From contig OZ252003.1 in assembly GCA_965247165.1 (NCBI GenBank), positions 466,195-530,194 of the forward strand: a stretch of DNA of 64,000 bases. Direction: 5' to 3'. Position numbers and translations under genes: made by a program. This document shows positions 19,712-29,205 of the stretch, in pieces; within the stretch, counting starts at the first letter, position 1; every line of letters starts with the position of its first letter. Origin of the DNA: Flavisolibacter sp. GTDB lineage: Bacteria > Bacteroidota > Bacteroidia > Chitinophagales > Chitinophagaceae. The notes below the pieces were generated by a model that was not told the DNA's origin, did not search any database, and was given only the letters and a program-made list of their open reading frames with translations.

Positions 19712-21508
19712 ATGAAGACTTTTTTTCTGTGCCTTATCGCATTCAGCCTGCCTTCTATCTTTTTTGCACAAAGCAGCAGCGATGCATTGAAAAAAGCTAT
19801 GCTGTCGTCAAACCCTTACCCGCAAAGGATTGCAGCCTATATAACTTACAACGATCAATACGGAGTAGAAAATTTTGACCAATTGTTGCGCCTCGGGTTG
19901 GAGGGTATGGAACTCGCAAGAGCTAAGGGGGATTCCACTTCCGTTGGTATTTTTTACCGCCAAATAGGAGAAGCTTTTTACTTCAAAGGAAAGTACGATA
20001 GAGCCGCTGCCAGTTTTTATTCCTCGGTTGGTTTACTGGAAAAAGAAGGGCCTTCAAAGCAACTGGCTAATAGTTATAATGCACTGGCAAAACTTTATCG
20101 TAAAACAAGAGATCTCACCCGTGCACTCCAGAATTATGATAAAGCCTTTGCGATTTTTAAAGAACGACGTGACTCCTCGGGCATGGCCATGATTTGGAAT
20201 GAGTCCGGGGTGGTGTTCGAATACGCTAAGGATTACGATAAAGCCATTGCACGCTACACCTCATCGTTGCAGATGGACCAATTGCTTAAAGACAGTGTGG
20301 GCATAGCTTACGCATTAAGCAACCTGGCCGGCGTTTATTCCCTGCAAAGTAAATATGGCCTGGCGGAAAAAAATTTATTGCAAGCCCTGCAAGTAAGAAA
20401 ATATATTAAAGACACTTTCGCTTTGGCGCTCAACTATTCCGATTTAGGAGGCGCCTATCTTGCGGCTTCCAATCTGGCAAAAGCAAAACTGTATATTGAC
20501 AGTAGTAATGCAATAGCCGATAAAATGAACTATCCTGAATTAAAGCAAAACAATTTTGATGTGTTAGCGCAGATGGCGGAAAAGGCCGGCGATTATAAAA
20601 TGGCTTACCGGTATAACAACCAAAAAACTGCTTTAAAAGACAGCATCTTCGGCATTGAAAAAGCAAAGCAGATTGAAGAACTAAACACCCGCTACGAAAC
20701 AGTGCAAAAGGAACAGCAGATTGCCCAACAACAAAGCCGGCTGCAACAACAGAACATTATTTTTATAGCGGTAGCAGGGCTTGTCCTTTTACTTTCTTTA
20801 TTAGCGTACACGCAATACCGCCGCTATAAATGGAAGCAGGAGGCAAAAATGCAGGCAGCTATTTTAAAACAGCAGGATGAAGCCACTAAAGCTGTTATAG
20901 AAGCTGAAGAAGCCGAACGGCAGCGGATTGCAAAGGATCTGCATGATGGCGTTGGGCAAATGATGAGCGCCGCAAAAATGAACTTATCGGCGTACGAACA
21001 TGCCGTTCAATTTGCCACAACGGAGGAAAAACAAACCTTCGAAAAGATTATTCAACTGGTAGATGAAAGTTGTTCGGAAGTGCGCAGTGTATCGCACAAT
21101 ATGATGCCCAATGCGCTCCTAAAAAATAACCTCGATGATGCCATACGGGAGTTCATTAACAAGCTTCACCAACAAACATTAAGCGTTCATTTATATACCG
21201 AGGGCCTTCAGGTGCGGTTGAACTCCAACATTGAAACGGTGCTCTACCGCATTATTCAGGAATGTGTGAACAACGTTATCAAACACTCCGGCGCCAATAC
21301 ATTAGACATTACTATTATCAGGGAAGCCGGTGAATTAACGGCTACTATTGAAGACAATGGAAAAGGCTTTGATACCAACGATAAAAACAAGTTCGACGGC
21401 ATCGGCTTAAAGAACATTCTCACCCGCGTAGAATACCTGAAAGGTACCGTGGACTTTGATTCAGCGCCGGGCCGCGGCACCCTGATTGCCTTGCATGTTC
21501 CGATATAA
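19712..21508 (+). CDS. TPR-repeat sensor histidine kinase (HisKA_3)
   Basis: Signal peptide, TPR repeats, TM segment, ERQRIAKDLHDGVGQ, IEDNGKGF and GIGLKNI. Confidence 0.92.
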   Translation: MKTFFLCLIAFSLPSIFFAQSSSDALKKAMLSSNPYPQRIAAYITYNDQYGVENFDQLLRLGLEGMELARAKGDSTSVGIFYRQIGEAFYFKGKYDRAAASFYSSVGLLEKEGPSKQLANSYNALAKLYRKTRDLTRALQNYDKAFAIFKERRDSSGMAMIWNESGVVFEYAKDYDKAIARYTSSLQMDQLLKDSVGIAYALSNLAGVYSLQSKYGLAEKNLLQALQVRKYIKDTFALALNYSDLGGAYLAASNLAKAKLYIDSSNAIADKMNYPELKQNNFDVLAQMAEKAGDYKMAYRYNNQKTALKDSIFGIEKAKQIEELNTRYETVQKEQQIAQQQSRLQQQNIIFIAVAGLVLLLSLLAYTQYRRYKWKQEAKMQAAILKQQDEATKAVIEAEEAERQRIAKDLHDGVGQMMSAAKMNLSAYEHAVQFATTEEKQTFEKIIQLVDESCSEVRSVSHNMMPNALLKNNLDDAIREFINKLHQQTLSVHLYTEGLQVRLNSNIETVLYRIIQECVNNVIKHSGANTLDITIIREAGELTATIEDNGKGFDTNDKNKFDGIGLKNILTRVEYLKGTVDFDSAPGRGTLIALHVPI

Positions 21509-21533
21509 TGTACTTTATTTACATCCATTGCAA

Positions 21534-22172
21534 ATGAAAAAAAAAATCTGTATTGCCCTTGTTGATGATCACCAGATCGTGTTGGACGGACTTCACTCCC
21601 TGTTGAAAGACGAGCCGCAATTCAGCTTTGCTTTTAGCACCACCCAGCCGCAGACGGTGTTGGAAAAACTTCAATCCGTTACGGTAGATGTATTACTGAC
21701 CGATGTAATGATGCCGGTAATGCCGGGCAATGTGTTGGCTAAAGAGATCAGGAAAAATTTTCCGGCGATAAAAATCCTTGCCCTGTCTATGAGTGGTGAA
21801 GGAGACCTGGTAAATGAAATGATTAATGATGCTGATATAGCCGGCTATGCGCTAAAAAACATCAGCAAAACACAGCTGATCGCAGCTATTGAAAAAATAG
21901 CAGGCGGTGGCATTTATTTTCCCGACGAGATTATTAATGAACTGGAACGCTCCAGCCAGCGCAAGCAGCAAAGTGAAGAAGCCCATCTCACCAGCCGCGA
22001 AATTGAAATTATACGGTTGATTGAAAAAGAATACAGCAATAAGCAAATAGCCGAGCAACTATTTATTAGTGAACGCACGGTGGAAACACACCGTAAAAAT
22101 ATCTTTCGCAAAACATCTACCAACAGCGTTATCGGCTTAGTAAAGTATGCATACGAGCATAAGCTGATTTAA
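21534..22172 (+). CDS. NarL/LuxR-family response regulator
   Basis: VDDHQIV, LTDVMMP receiver and LTSREIEII...ISERTVETHRKNI HTH. Start moved to ATG 21534. Confidence 0.94.
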   Translation: MKKKICIALVDDHQIVLDGLHSLLKDEPQFSFAFSTTQPQTVLEKLQSVTVDVLLTDVMMPVMPGNVLAKEIRKNFPAIKILALSMSGEGDLVNEMINDADIAGYALKNISKTQLIAAIEKIAGGGIYFPDEIINELERSSQRKQQSEEAHLTSREIEIIRLIEKEYSNKQIAEQLFISERTVETHRKNIFRKTSTNSVIGLVKYAYEHKLI

Positions 22173-22190
22173 CTCCAACGCTTCAAAGTT

Positions 22191-22230
22191 AACAGTCCAT
22201 TTTTAGTGTTTGCTGGCCGACTGGACTGTT
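22191..22230. terminator. Possible hairpin between convergent genes
   Basis: AACAGTCCA ... TGGACTGTT (9-bp arms, 22-nt loop). Confidence 0.35.
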
Positions 22231-22348
22231 GTTTGCGTAAAAAATTTTTGGCGCACACTGTTCTGGGCAAATGGCTTTTTTTGATTTTCTAATAAAACTT
22301 TCTCATCATTACACAAGTGTCATCATATATGTTTTGTAATGTGTAAGC

Positions 22349-25216
22349 TTATAATTTGATCAGATTTATTTCCTGTGTATCGTTCAGTATAACCTTAAAC
22401 AGTCCTTTTAATTGTTCGGGCAGCACGATGGTTGTTTGCTGATTTGTGAGAAGCCCGTTTTGCACCGTCTTTCCACCCATATCAATTATTTTATAACCCA
22501 TGACCTTGTCAATTGGCCTGCCGTAGTCGAGGGTAAAGCTATTGCCTGCAACAGGATTTGGATATAATAAAACGGATGCTTTTACAGCGCTGAAGTCAAT
22601 TTTTCTTACCGGCGTATAAGAGAACCTACCATCTTTATCCACCTGCTGTAAGCGATAGTAGTTGATACCCGTCGCCGGGTTGGTATGAATAAAGTTATAA
22701 CTGGCGCCTAAGCCATTATTCTTTGTATCTACCTTGCTGATATTTGTCCAATCCATTGCATTGCTACTGTATTGCACATTAAAATAATCATTACTTAATT
22801 CATTGGCGGTTTGCCATTGTAATACTACCTGCAGTTCTTTTTTCTCCGCAGTAAATGATTTAAAATTCACTGGTAAAACAACGGCCACACTACTGCTTGC
22901 TATGCCAATGGCAAAGTCGCTAAAGCCACTGATGTTTCCAGCTGTTGCCGTAATCACTGTTGGCGAGTAAGTAGGCGTTCCATTGCTGCCAAAGAATCCC
23001 CATGCTGCCGCACTGTTGGCTCTTTTCAGCACCACATACCGGTTGGCTACTGGTACGCTGTTGCTAAAGCTTCTTTCTTCAAGCGTTACCGTGTACGTTC
23101 CGGTTGTAAGGGGTACATCCGGCGTGATGGTCCAAATACCGCCATCTAATAACTGCGTTACGGCCACACCGCCGGCAGATGTGTTGGGAGCCGCCCCGGA
23201 AATTGAACCCGAAAAGGAAACGGAGACATATTGCGGCCCGCTGATATTTTTTAAAGTGAGTGTAACAGGCTGATAACCGTTAGGCGTTGGCACAGAGGTA
23301 ACCGGGAATTTATATGTCCCTGAAGAATTAATTTTTCTTGAAAGTGTTCCACTGATAAAGGAGGTTGCCGCATTGGTAACAGTTGCATTTCCATCGGACA
23401 TAACCAATGGGTTTAAGGCCCGCACTACACCGTTTGTAAGCAATAGGTTTCCATTGATGGTACCACCATAAAAGGTAAAGGTTCCGGCCGCGTTAAACTC
23501 AAGTGAATTACTTAAGCTATTGCCGTTGCCAAAATAAACGGTGCCCGTGTTTTTCAGCACCACCTTGCCCGTACCTGAAACCAGTGTAGTGCCACCGCCA
23601 TCAAAAGCGCCAAAGAAATTTCCTGCTTCATTAATTTCAATAGTCCCGTTATTGACAATCCCAAGTGAAGCCGTTACGGAGAGGGGTAAAGTAACGGTAG
23701 CACCGGCGTTAATGGTGAGTTTTCGCATGTAAGTAGTTGCGCTGAAATTATTGGGATAGTTAGCAACATCTCCGGGTAATACAGCATTGGTATAACCGGA
23801 AGGCACGCCGTTATTCCAGTTAGCGCCATCATTTACATTCATATTATTGGCAGCGCCTGTCCAGGTGGTTACCGGCATCACCTGGGCCGGCATGTTGTTA
23901 CCATCAAATTGCGATACAAACATATCGTATGGTTGCAGGTAGGCTGGTGTTCCGGCAGCAACTATCGCCGATCTTACCATGGCTCCAAACTTTAGCGCAG
24001 AGCGGTAGCGGCCGGTAACTACTACCTTTCCGGCTGCGGTGATGTCTATCGCATCAAAGTCACCGGGAAGACCGGAAGCGCCGTTCATTTCAAAACTGTT
24101 TGCCCAAAGAACGCTTCGGTCGGCAAGGTTATATTTAACCACAACACCCAGGCCAAAACTTTGCCCCGGCGGAATAAAATAATAGTAACTGCCATACGCC
24201 TGCGAGTAGGCCCCAACGCCGCCGTTTAAAACGGTAAAACTATAAATGCCATCATCCTTAACCCGCACCTTACCGGCGTAAGGATACTCGGCCAAATAAC
24301 CGGTAAGTACGCCTGTACTATTGAGTTCGTAGTACTTGTTCCCTGAAGTGGAAATCCCTTGGAATGTGCTACCGGCGCCACCGGCTTTTCCAATATAGCT
24401 TTTACCGTTCTTGTCAACGGTGTAGGCTATTGCGATCTGTACTTCACTAAAAGTTTGCACCCAACGGTAGCTGCCATTGTTATCTACCGAAGCCACGAAA
24501 GAATTGGTATAAAAGCCGGTTGCAGTAATGCTTTGACCTGCTACACTAACGGTACCTGCCCCCGGGATAAAACAGGTATAGTACACGTTTCCGCTGGCAT
24601 CTAAAAAGTCTTTATAAGTAGTGCCGGCATTAGATCCAACGCCATTGTTTTGCACTTGCCATAGTTGCGTGCCTGTAACTTTATTGAGCTTATAAATGTA
24701 TTTGTTGCTTTGATTACTTTCCATCACAATGGGGTTACCATCCGGCCCGATATTGATGCCTCCAACTTCATACAAGCTTAGTGTTTTGCTCCACAATAAA
24801 GTTCCGTTGCCATCATATTTGGCGATGAACGAAGAACCGGTTGTGCCGGCACTATTTGTTCCGCCGATATACACGTTACCATCTGCATCAACTGTAACAA
24901 TTTGTCCAAGCTCATTGTAGGTACTGTTATAACCCTTCAGCCAGAGCACATTGCCCGATGGATCATACTTTACAAGGAAGGCATCCTGCAGCGTTGCCGT
25001 AAGTGTGGTTGAGCCCAACGTCAACGTCCCGCTAAAGCGTCCCGTTGCATATACGTTGCCACTTGCATCGGAGGCTACATCAAGCGTTTCCTGTCCGGGC
25101 GAACCAACTGATGTACCACTGACAGAAGCCCATTCCCAGTTAGCACCGCTTTGGGCATGCGTGGAAGAAAAAGTAGCGGAACAGGCCATAAGCAGCCAGA
25201 TATATAGAAGCCTCAT
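22349..25216 (-). CDS. Large T9SS cargo protein: SBBP-type beta-propeller, beta-helix-like region and CTD
   Basis: Signal peptide from ATG 25216, DASGNVYATG / FLVKYDPSGNVLW repeats, TTWTGAANN..NWNNG, LPVNFKSFTA and LYPNPVAG. Confidence 0.82.
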   Translation of the reverse strand: MRLLYIWLLMACSATFSSTHAQSGANWEWASVSGTSVGSPGQETLDVASDASGNVYATGRFSGTLTLGSTTLTATLQDAFLVKYDPSGNVLWLKGYNSTYNELGQIVTVDADGNVYIGGTNSAGTTGSSFIAKYDGNGTLLWSKTLSLYEVGGINIGPDGNPIVMESNQSNKYIYKLNKVTGTQLWQVQNNGVGSNAGTTYKDFLDASGNVYYTCFIPGAGTVSVAGQSITATGFYTNSFVASVDNNGSYRWVQTFSEVQIAIAYTVDKNGKSYIGKAGGAGSTFQGISTSGNKYYELNSTGVLTGYLAEYPYAGKVRVKDDGIYSFTVLNGGVGAYSQAYGSYYYFIPPGQSFGLGVVVKYNLADRSVLWANSFEMNGASGLPGDFDAIDITAAGKVVVTGRYRSALKFGAMVRSAIVAAGTPAYLQPYDMFVSQFDGNNMPAQVMPVTTWTGAANNMNVNDGANWNNGVPSGYTNAVLPGDVANYPNNFSATTYMRKLTINAGATVTLPLSVTASLGIVNNGTIEINEAGNFFGAFDGGGTTLVSGTGKVVLKNTGTVYFGNGNSLSNSLEFNAAGTFTFYGGTINGNLLLTNGVVRALNPLVMSDGNATVTNAATSFISGTLSRKINSSGTYKFPVTSVPTPNGYQPVTLTLKNISGPQYVSVSFSGSISGAAPNTSAGGVAVTQLLDGGIWTITPDVPLTTGTYTVTLEERSFSNSVPVANRYVVLKRANSAAAWGFFGSNGTPTYSPTVITATAGNISGFSDFAIGIASSSVAVVLPVNFKSFTAEKKELQVVLQWQTANELSNDYFNVQYSSNAMDWTNISKVDTKNNGLGASYNFIHTNPATGINYYRLQQVDKDGRFSYTPVRKIDFSAVKASVLLYPNPVAGNSFTLDYGRPIDKVMGYKIIDMGGKTVQNGLLTNQQTTIVLPEQLKGLFKVILNDTQEINLIKL

Positions 25217-25442
25217 ATCACAATTTTCGACAAACTTAATCGCTACAATAAATATTTGTATCCCGTGAACACGGTATATTTTTAAACTCAATAAGTTGAC
25301 GACTGACAGTAAACCATGGAGGCATTTGTAAAATATTTTTTCCACGTTGTTGCCTGATTCCTTTAACAACACTACGCCTGAAACTACATCCCTAAAATGA
25401 TTTACCTGTTCGCCATTTTTCTAAAACTGTAATTTCGGAAGC

Positions 25443-26105
25443 ATGGTTACCGGCACAAAACCCTTCATAAAAATTTGTTGCATCGCCTCTGTTGATGAAG
25501 CCAAATTGGCTATCAGTTACGGCGCATCGGCTTTAGGCCTGGTGGCTAAAATGCCCAGTGGGCCGGGCCCTATAAACGATGAACTTATCCGTAGCATCGC
25601 TGCATCCGTACCGCCGCCCGTTGCTACCTTTCTTCTAACGAGCGAAACAAAAGTGGACGCCATTGTTGCACATCATCATCGCACCTATACCAACACAATT
25701 CAATTAGTAGATGCGTTGGAAGATGAGAATTACAAACTGCTGAAACAGCAGTTGCCTGCTATAAAAATTGTGCAGGTAATACATGTGGTGGATGAAGCCT
25801 CCGTAGAAGAAGCCATACGCATTTCCCCTCAGGTAGATGCATTGCTGTTAGATAGTGGCAATCCTAAACTAATCGTGAAAGAGTTAGGTGGAACAGGCCG
25901 TGTACATAACTGGGCCTTCAGCCGGCAGATAGTGGAAGGTTCAAAGGTGCCGGTGTTTCTGGCAGGCGGTTTAAGCACTGAAAATGTTCGCCAGGCAATA
26001 GATAACGTGCAACCTTACGGCCTTGATTTATGCAGCAGCGTAAGAACCGCCGGCAACCTTGATCCGCAAAAATTAGACACGTTTTTTAATGCAGCCTTTC
26101 GTTAG
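25443..26105 (+). CDS. trpF: Phosphoribosylanthranilate isomerase family protein
   Basis: IKICCI, ALLLDSG, GGTGRVHNW, FLAGGLSTENV and LDLCSSV. Confidence 0.85.
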   Translation: MVTGTKPFIKICCIASVDEAKLAISYGASALGLVAKMPSGPGPINDELIRSIAASVPPPVATFLLTSETKVDAIVAHHHRTYTNTIQLVDALEDENYKLLKQQLPAIKIVQVIHVVDEASVEEAIRISPQVDALLLDSGNPKLIVKELGGTGRVHNWAFSRQIVEGSKVPVFLAGGLSTENVRQAIDNVQPYGLDLCSSVRTAGNLDPQKLDTFFNAAFR

Positions 26106-27052
26106 ATTTTACTTTTTAAATTGTCAAGCATGTCTTTTGTCATGGCAGCTAAATCAAACTCCGGCTTCCATCCCCAATCCTTTTGTGCAACATGGTCATC
26201 AATGCTTTGCGGCCAGCTGTCGGCAATGGCCTGGCGGTAATCGGGCTTGTAGTCAACAGTAAAATGAGGCAAGTGTTTTTTTATTTCAGCGCCAATTTCC
26301 TTTGGGGAGAAAGAGATAGCCGAAATGTTATACGAGGTGCGTTCTTTTATCTTTTCTTTCGGTGCTTCCATCAATTCAATGGTAGCCCTTATAGCGTCGG
26401 GCATATACATCATCGGCAGGTAAGTATCTTCCTTTAAAAAGCAATCGTACCGGCCTTCTTCCAAGGCTTCATGAAAAATTTCTACGGCATAATCGGTAGT
26501 GCCGCCACCCGGCGCCGACTTATAAGAAATTAACCCCGGATAGCGAAGGCTGCGCACATCCACTCCGTATTTCAGCGAATAATAATTACACCAAAATTCA
26601 CCCGCATATTTAGAAATTCCATAGACGGTTGTGGGTTCAATAATTGTTTTTTGCGGGCAAGCCTTCTTTGGTGATGTAGGTCCGAAAACCGCAATGCTGC
26701 TGGGCCAGTAAACCTTGGTAAGCTTTTCTTCTTTGGCAATATCCAATACATTCAGCAAGCCTTGCATGTTCAGGTTCCAGGCCAGGTTGGGATTTTTTTC
26801 GCCGGTGGCAGATAAGATGGCCGCCAACAAATAAATCTGCGTAAAGCCTTGCCGGATGACTTGTACATGAAGCATTTCCTTGTTCATTACATCAAGGCTT
26901 ACATACGGTCCGGTGCCTTCCAGCAAAGGATTTTGCTCCCGCAAATCAGAAGCAAAAACATTAGCCGCTCCATATAGTTTACGTAAGGCCAATGTAAGCT
27001 CCACGCCTATTTGCCCGGAAGCGCCAATCACTAATATTTTTTCTTTTTGCAT
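26102..27052 (-). CDS. SDR-type NAD-dependent L-threonine 3-dehydrogenase-like epimerase/dehydratase
   Basis: IGASGQIG, LAAILSATGE, PSSIAVFG, YGISK and PGGGTTDYA. Confidence 0.85.
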   Translation of the reverse strand: MQKEKILVIGASGQIGVELTLALRKLYGAANVFASDLREQNPLLEGTGPYVSLDVMNKEMLHVQVIRQGFTQIYLLAAILSATGEKNPNLAWNLNMQGLLNVLDIAKEEKLTKVYWPSSIAVFGPTSPKKACPQKTIIEPTTVYGISKYAGEFWCNYYSLKYGVDVRSLRYPGLISYKSAPGGGTTDYAVEIFHEALEEGRYDCFLKEDTYLPMMYMPDAIRATIELMEAPKEKIKERTSYNISAISFSPKEIGAEIKKHLPHFTVDYKPDYRQAIADSWPQSIDDHVAQKDWGWKPEFDLAAMTKDMLDNLKSKI

Positions 27053-27220
27053 ACGGCTTTAATTGAACTGTGCAAACGTAGAGAAAACCGCGGAGTAAAA
27101 GTGGCTAAGAAAGGTGTTGTTGCCAATCATTCCCGTTGAATAGAGGAATATACCCATGTGATAAAGAAGCCTGCCGCAGCCACCCGGCATGAAATAACTT
27201 GGTGATAACAATCACTGGTT

Positions 27221-29146
27221 ATGAAGAATTTATTTCTGTTCGTTATAGCATTGCTATCCTGCTCATTTACTTATGTGTGTTATGCGCAAAGTGTTGCTAT
27301 CAATACCAGCGGAACGGCCGCACACCCCAGTGCCATGCTGGATATAACCGCAACCAATAAGGGTTTGCTGATCCCAAGAATGTCATCGGCTATCCGTTCA
27401 GGTATTGGTTCACCGGCAACCGGCTTACAGGTTTTTGATACTGATACCAAGAGCTTTTGGTTCTGGAACGGAACGGCATGGGTAGAGCTTTCGATAGGTT
27501 CTTCCGCTAATTTATGGAGCGCCAACGGGTCCAACATTTATAACAGCAATACGGGTAATGTCGGGATAGGATTGAATACCCCGTTAGCACCCTTGCACAT
27601 TAAAAATGAACTCGAGGCATTGCGTATTCAAGGCACTACACCCTATCTTTCTTTTTATAACAATGCCGGGAGTTTACGGGGATTTATTCAGCAGTATAAC
27701 GACAGCCTGCTGTTGGGTACACCCGGCACCAACACAAGCGGCGTTGTGCAGTTTTATATTAGCAACCAACCTACCCTGACATTAGATCAGTACCGGAATG
27801 TATCAGTGGGTGATAATCCCGGCGTTTACCCCACCAAACAATTTTCAGTTTCCCGGAACAGTAATGCCATTGCCTACGATTTAGGCAGTGGAAGCAACTG
27901 GATACTTTCTTCCAGCAGCCTTTCGCTTTTGCCCGTCACCGGCAACGTGGGCATTAATGCGCAATACCCGGCCAATAAATTACAGATTGGGTCTGTTGCC
28001 GGCAGTAATTTTTCTACCAATGATTTCGCCATTGGCAATGGTACGGCTGCCATGGCCATTCTTCAAACCAATACGAGTACGTTGGTTGGCGCTACCACCG
28101 ATATGTCCTTTCGCCCACGAAATGATGGCACCGGAAATTTTGGTATCAATGTGCTTACACCAACCAATCATCTGCAAATAGGGTCGGTGGGTGCAACGGG
28201 TTTTGCTACCAATGATTTGGCGATTGGGAACGGTACCAATGCCATGGCTATTTATCAAACCGATGCTTCTACTTTAATTGGCTCGAGTACTGATATTATT
28301 TTAAAACCGAGAAATAATAATCAGGGACGTGTCGGCATTAATACAACTACTCCAAGAGCTCCGCTGGACGTAGCTTATACCGCATCAGCACCCCGGGTTG
28401 CCAACCTGGGTTATTCTTATTTAAATGTTGATTCGGATGTATTCGGTATCGGCCATGCGAGTGACAATCCTGTTCCGCTGGTGTCAATAATGACCGATGG
28501 CCGTGTTCTTTCAACGGAGTTTGACGCCTATTCAGATGCGCGGATCAAACAAGTAATCGGCAAGAGCAATTCAATACAGGATTTGCAAACAATTAATCAA
28601 TTGGAAATAACTGATTACGCAATGAAGGATAAAGTTCAAAGCGGTAATAAAATTTATAAGAAAGTAATCGCCCAACAAGTTGAAAAATTCTATCCCCAGG
28701 TCGTTTCCAAACACACCGATTTTATTCCCAATGTTTACCAAATCACCACCAGTATTAGCAAGGTGAAAAACGGCTACCTGCTTACGTTTGAGGCTGCACA
28801 TACTATATCTGATGCCGCAAAAAAGCTTCGTGTATTGCTGAATGAAAATGAAGGGATGCAAGAAGTGGAGATTGTTTCTATTCCTTCAAAAAATGAAGTA
28901 GTAATTCGTGCTGATGCTATTAAAACCTCCAAAGTTTTTGTCTATGGCGAAGAAGTGGCCGACTTCCGCACAGTTGACTATGAAGGCTTGATGACATTAA
29001 ACATTTCTGCTACGCAGGAATTAAGCAAGCTTATTAAACTGCAACAGGCGCAGCTTGACGAACAGGCCAAAAAAATTGCTTTATTAACGGAAGCAGTGAA
29101 AGCCATGCGGGATACGAGAATTGCACAGGTAAAACAAAAACTGTAA
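27221..29146 (+). CDS. Secreted trimeric fibre-like protein with C-terminal S74 intramolecular chaperone
   Basis: Signal peptide, GNVGIG / RVGINT fibre motifs, YSDARIK at 28532, VIAQQVEK, VDYEGL and terminal coiled coil. Confidence 0.8.
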   Translation: MKNLFLFVIALLSCSFTYVCYAQSVAINTSGTAAHPSAMLDITATNKGLLIPRMSSAIRSGIGSPATGLQVFDTDTKSFWFWNGTAWVELSIGSSANLWSANGSNIYNSNTGNVGIGLNTPLAPLHIKNELEALRIQGTTPYLSFYNNAGSLRGFIQQYNDSLLLGTPGTNTSGVVQFYISNQPTLTLDQYRNVSVGDNPGVYPTKQFSVSRNSNAIAYDLGSGSNWILSSSSLSLLPVTGNVGINAQYPANKLQIGSVAGSNFSTNDFAIGNGTAAMAILQTNTSTLVGATTDMSFRPRNDGTGNFGINVLTPTNHLQIGSVGATGFATNDLAIGNGTNAMAIYQTDASTLIGSSTDIILKPRNNNQGRVGINTTTPRAPLDVAYTASAPRVANLGYSYLNVDSDVFGIGHASDNPVPLVSIMTDGRVLSTEFDAYSDARIKQVIGKSNSIQDLQTINQLEITDYAMKDKVQSGNKIYKKVIAQQVEKFYPQVVSKHTDFIPNVYQITTSISKVKNGYLLTFEAAHTISDAAKKLRVLLNENEGMQEVEIVSIPSKNEVVIRADAIKTSKVFVYGEEVADFRTVDYEGLMTLNISATQELSKLIKLQQAQLDEQAKKIALLTEAVKAMRDTRIAQVKQKL

Positions 29147-29205
29147 AATTTCGACAATCGTTTCACTGCCCATTAAATGATCAATCATTGCAATAACCTG
29201 TCAAA

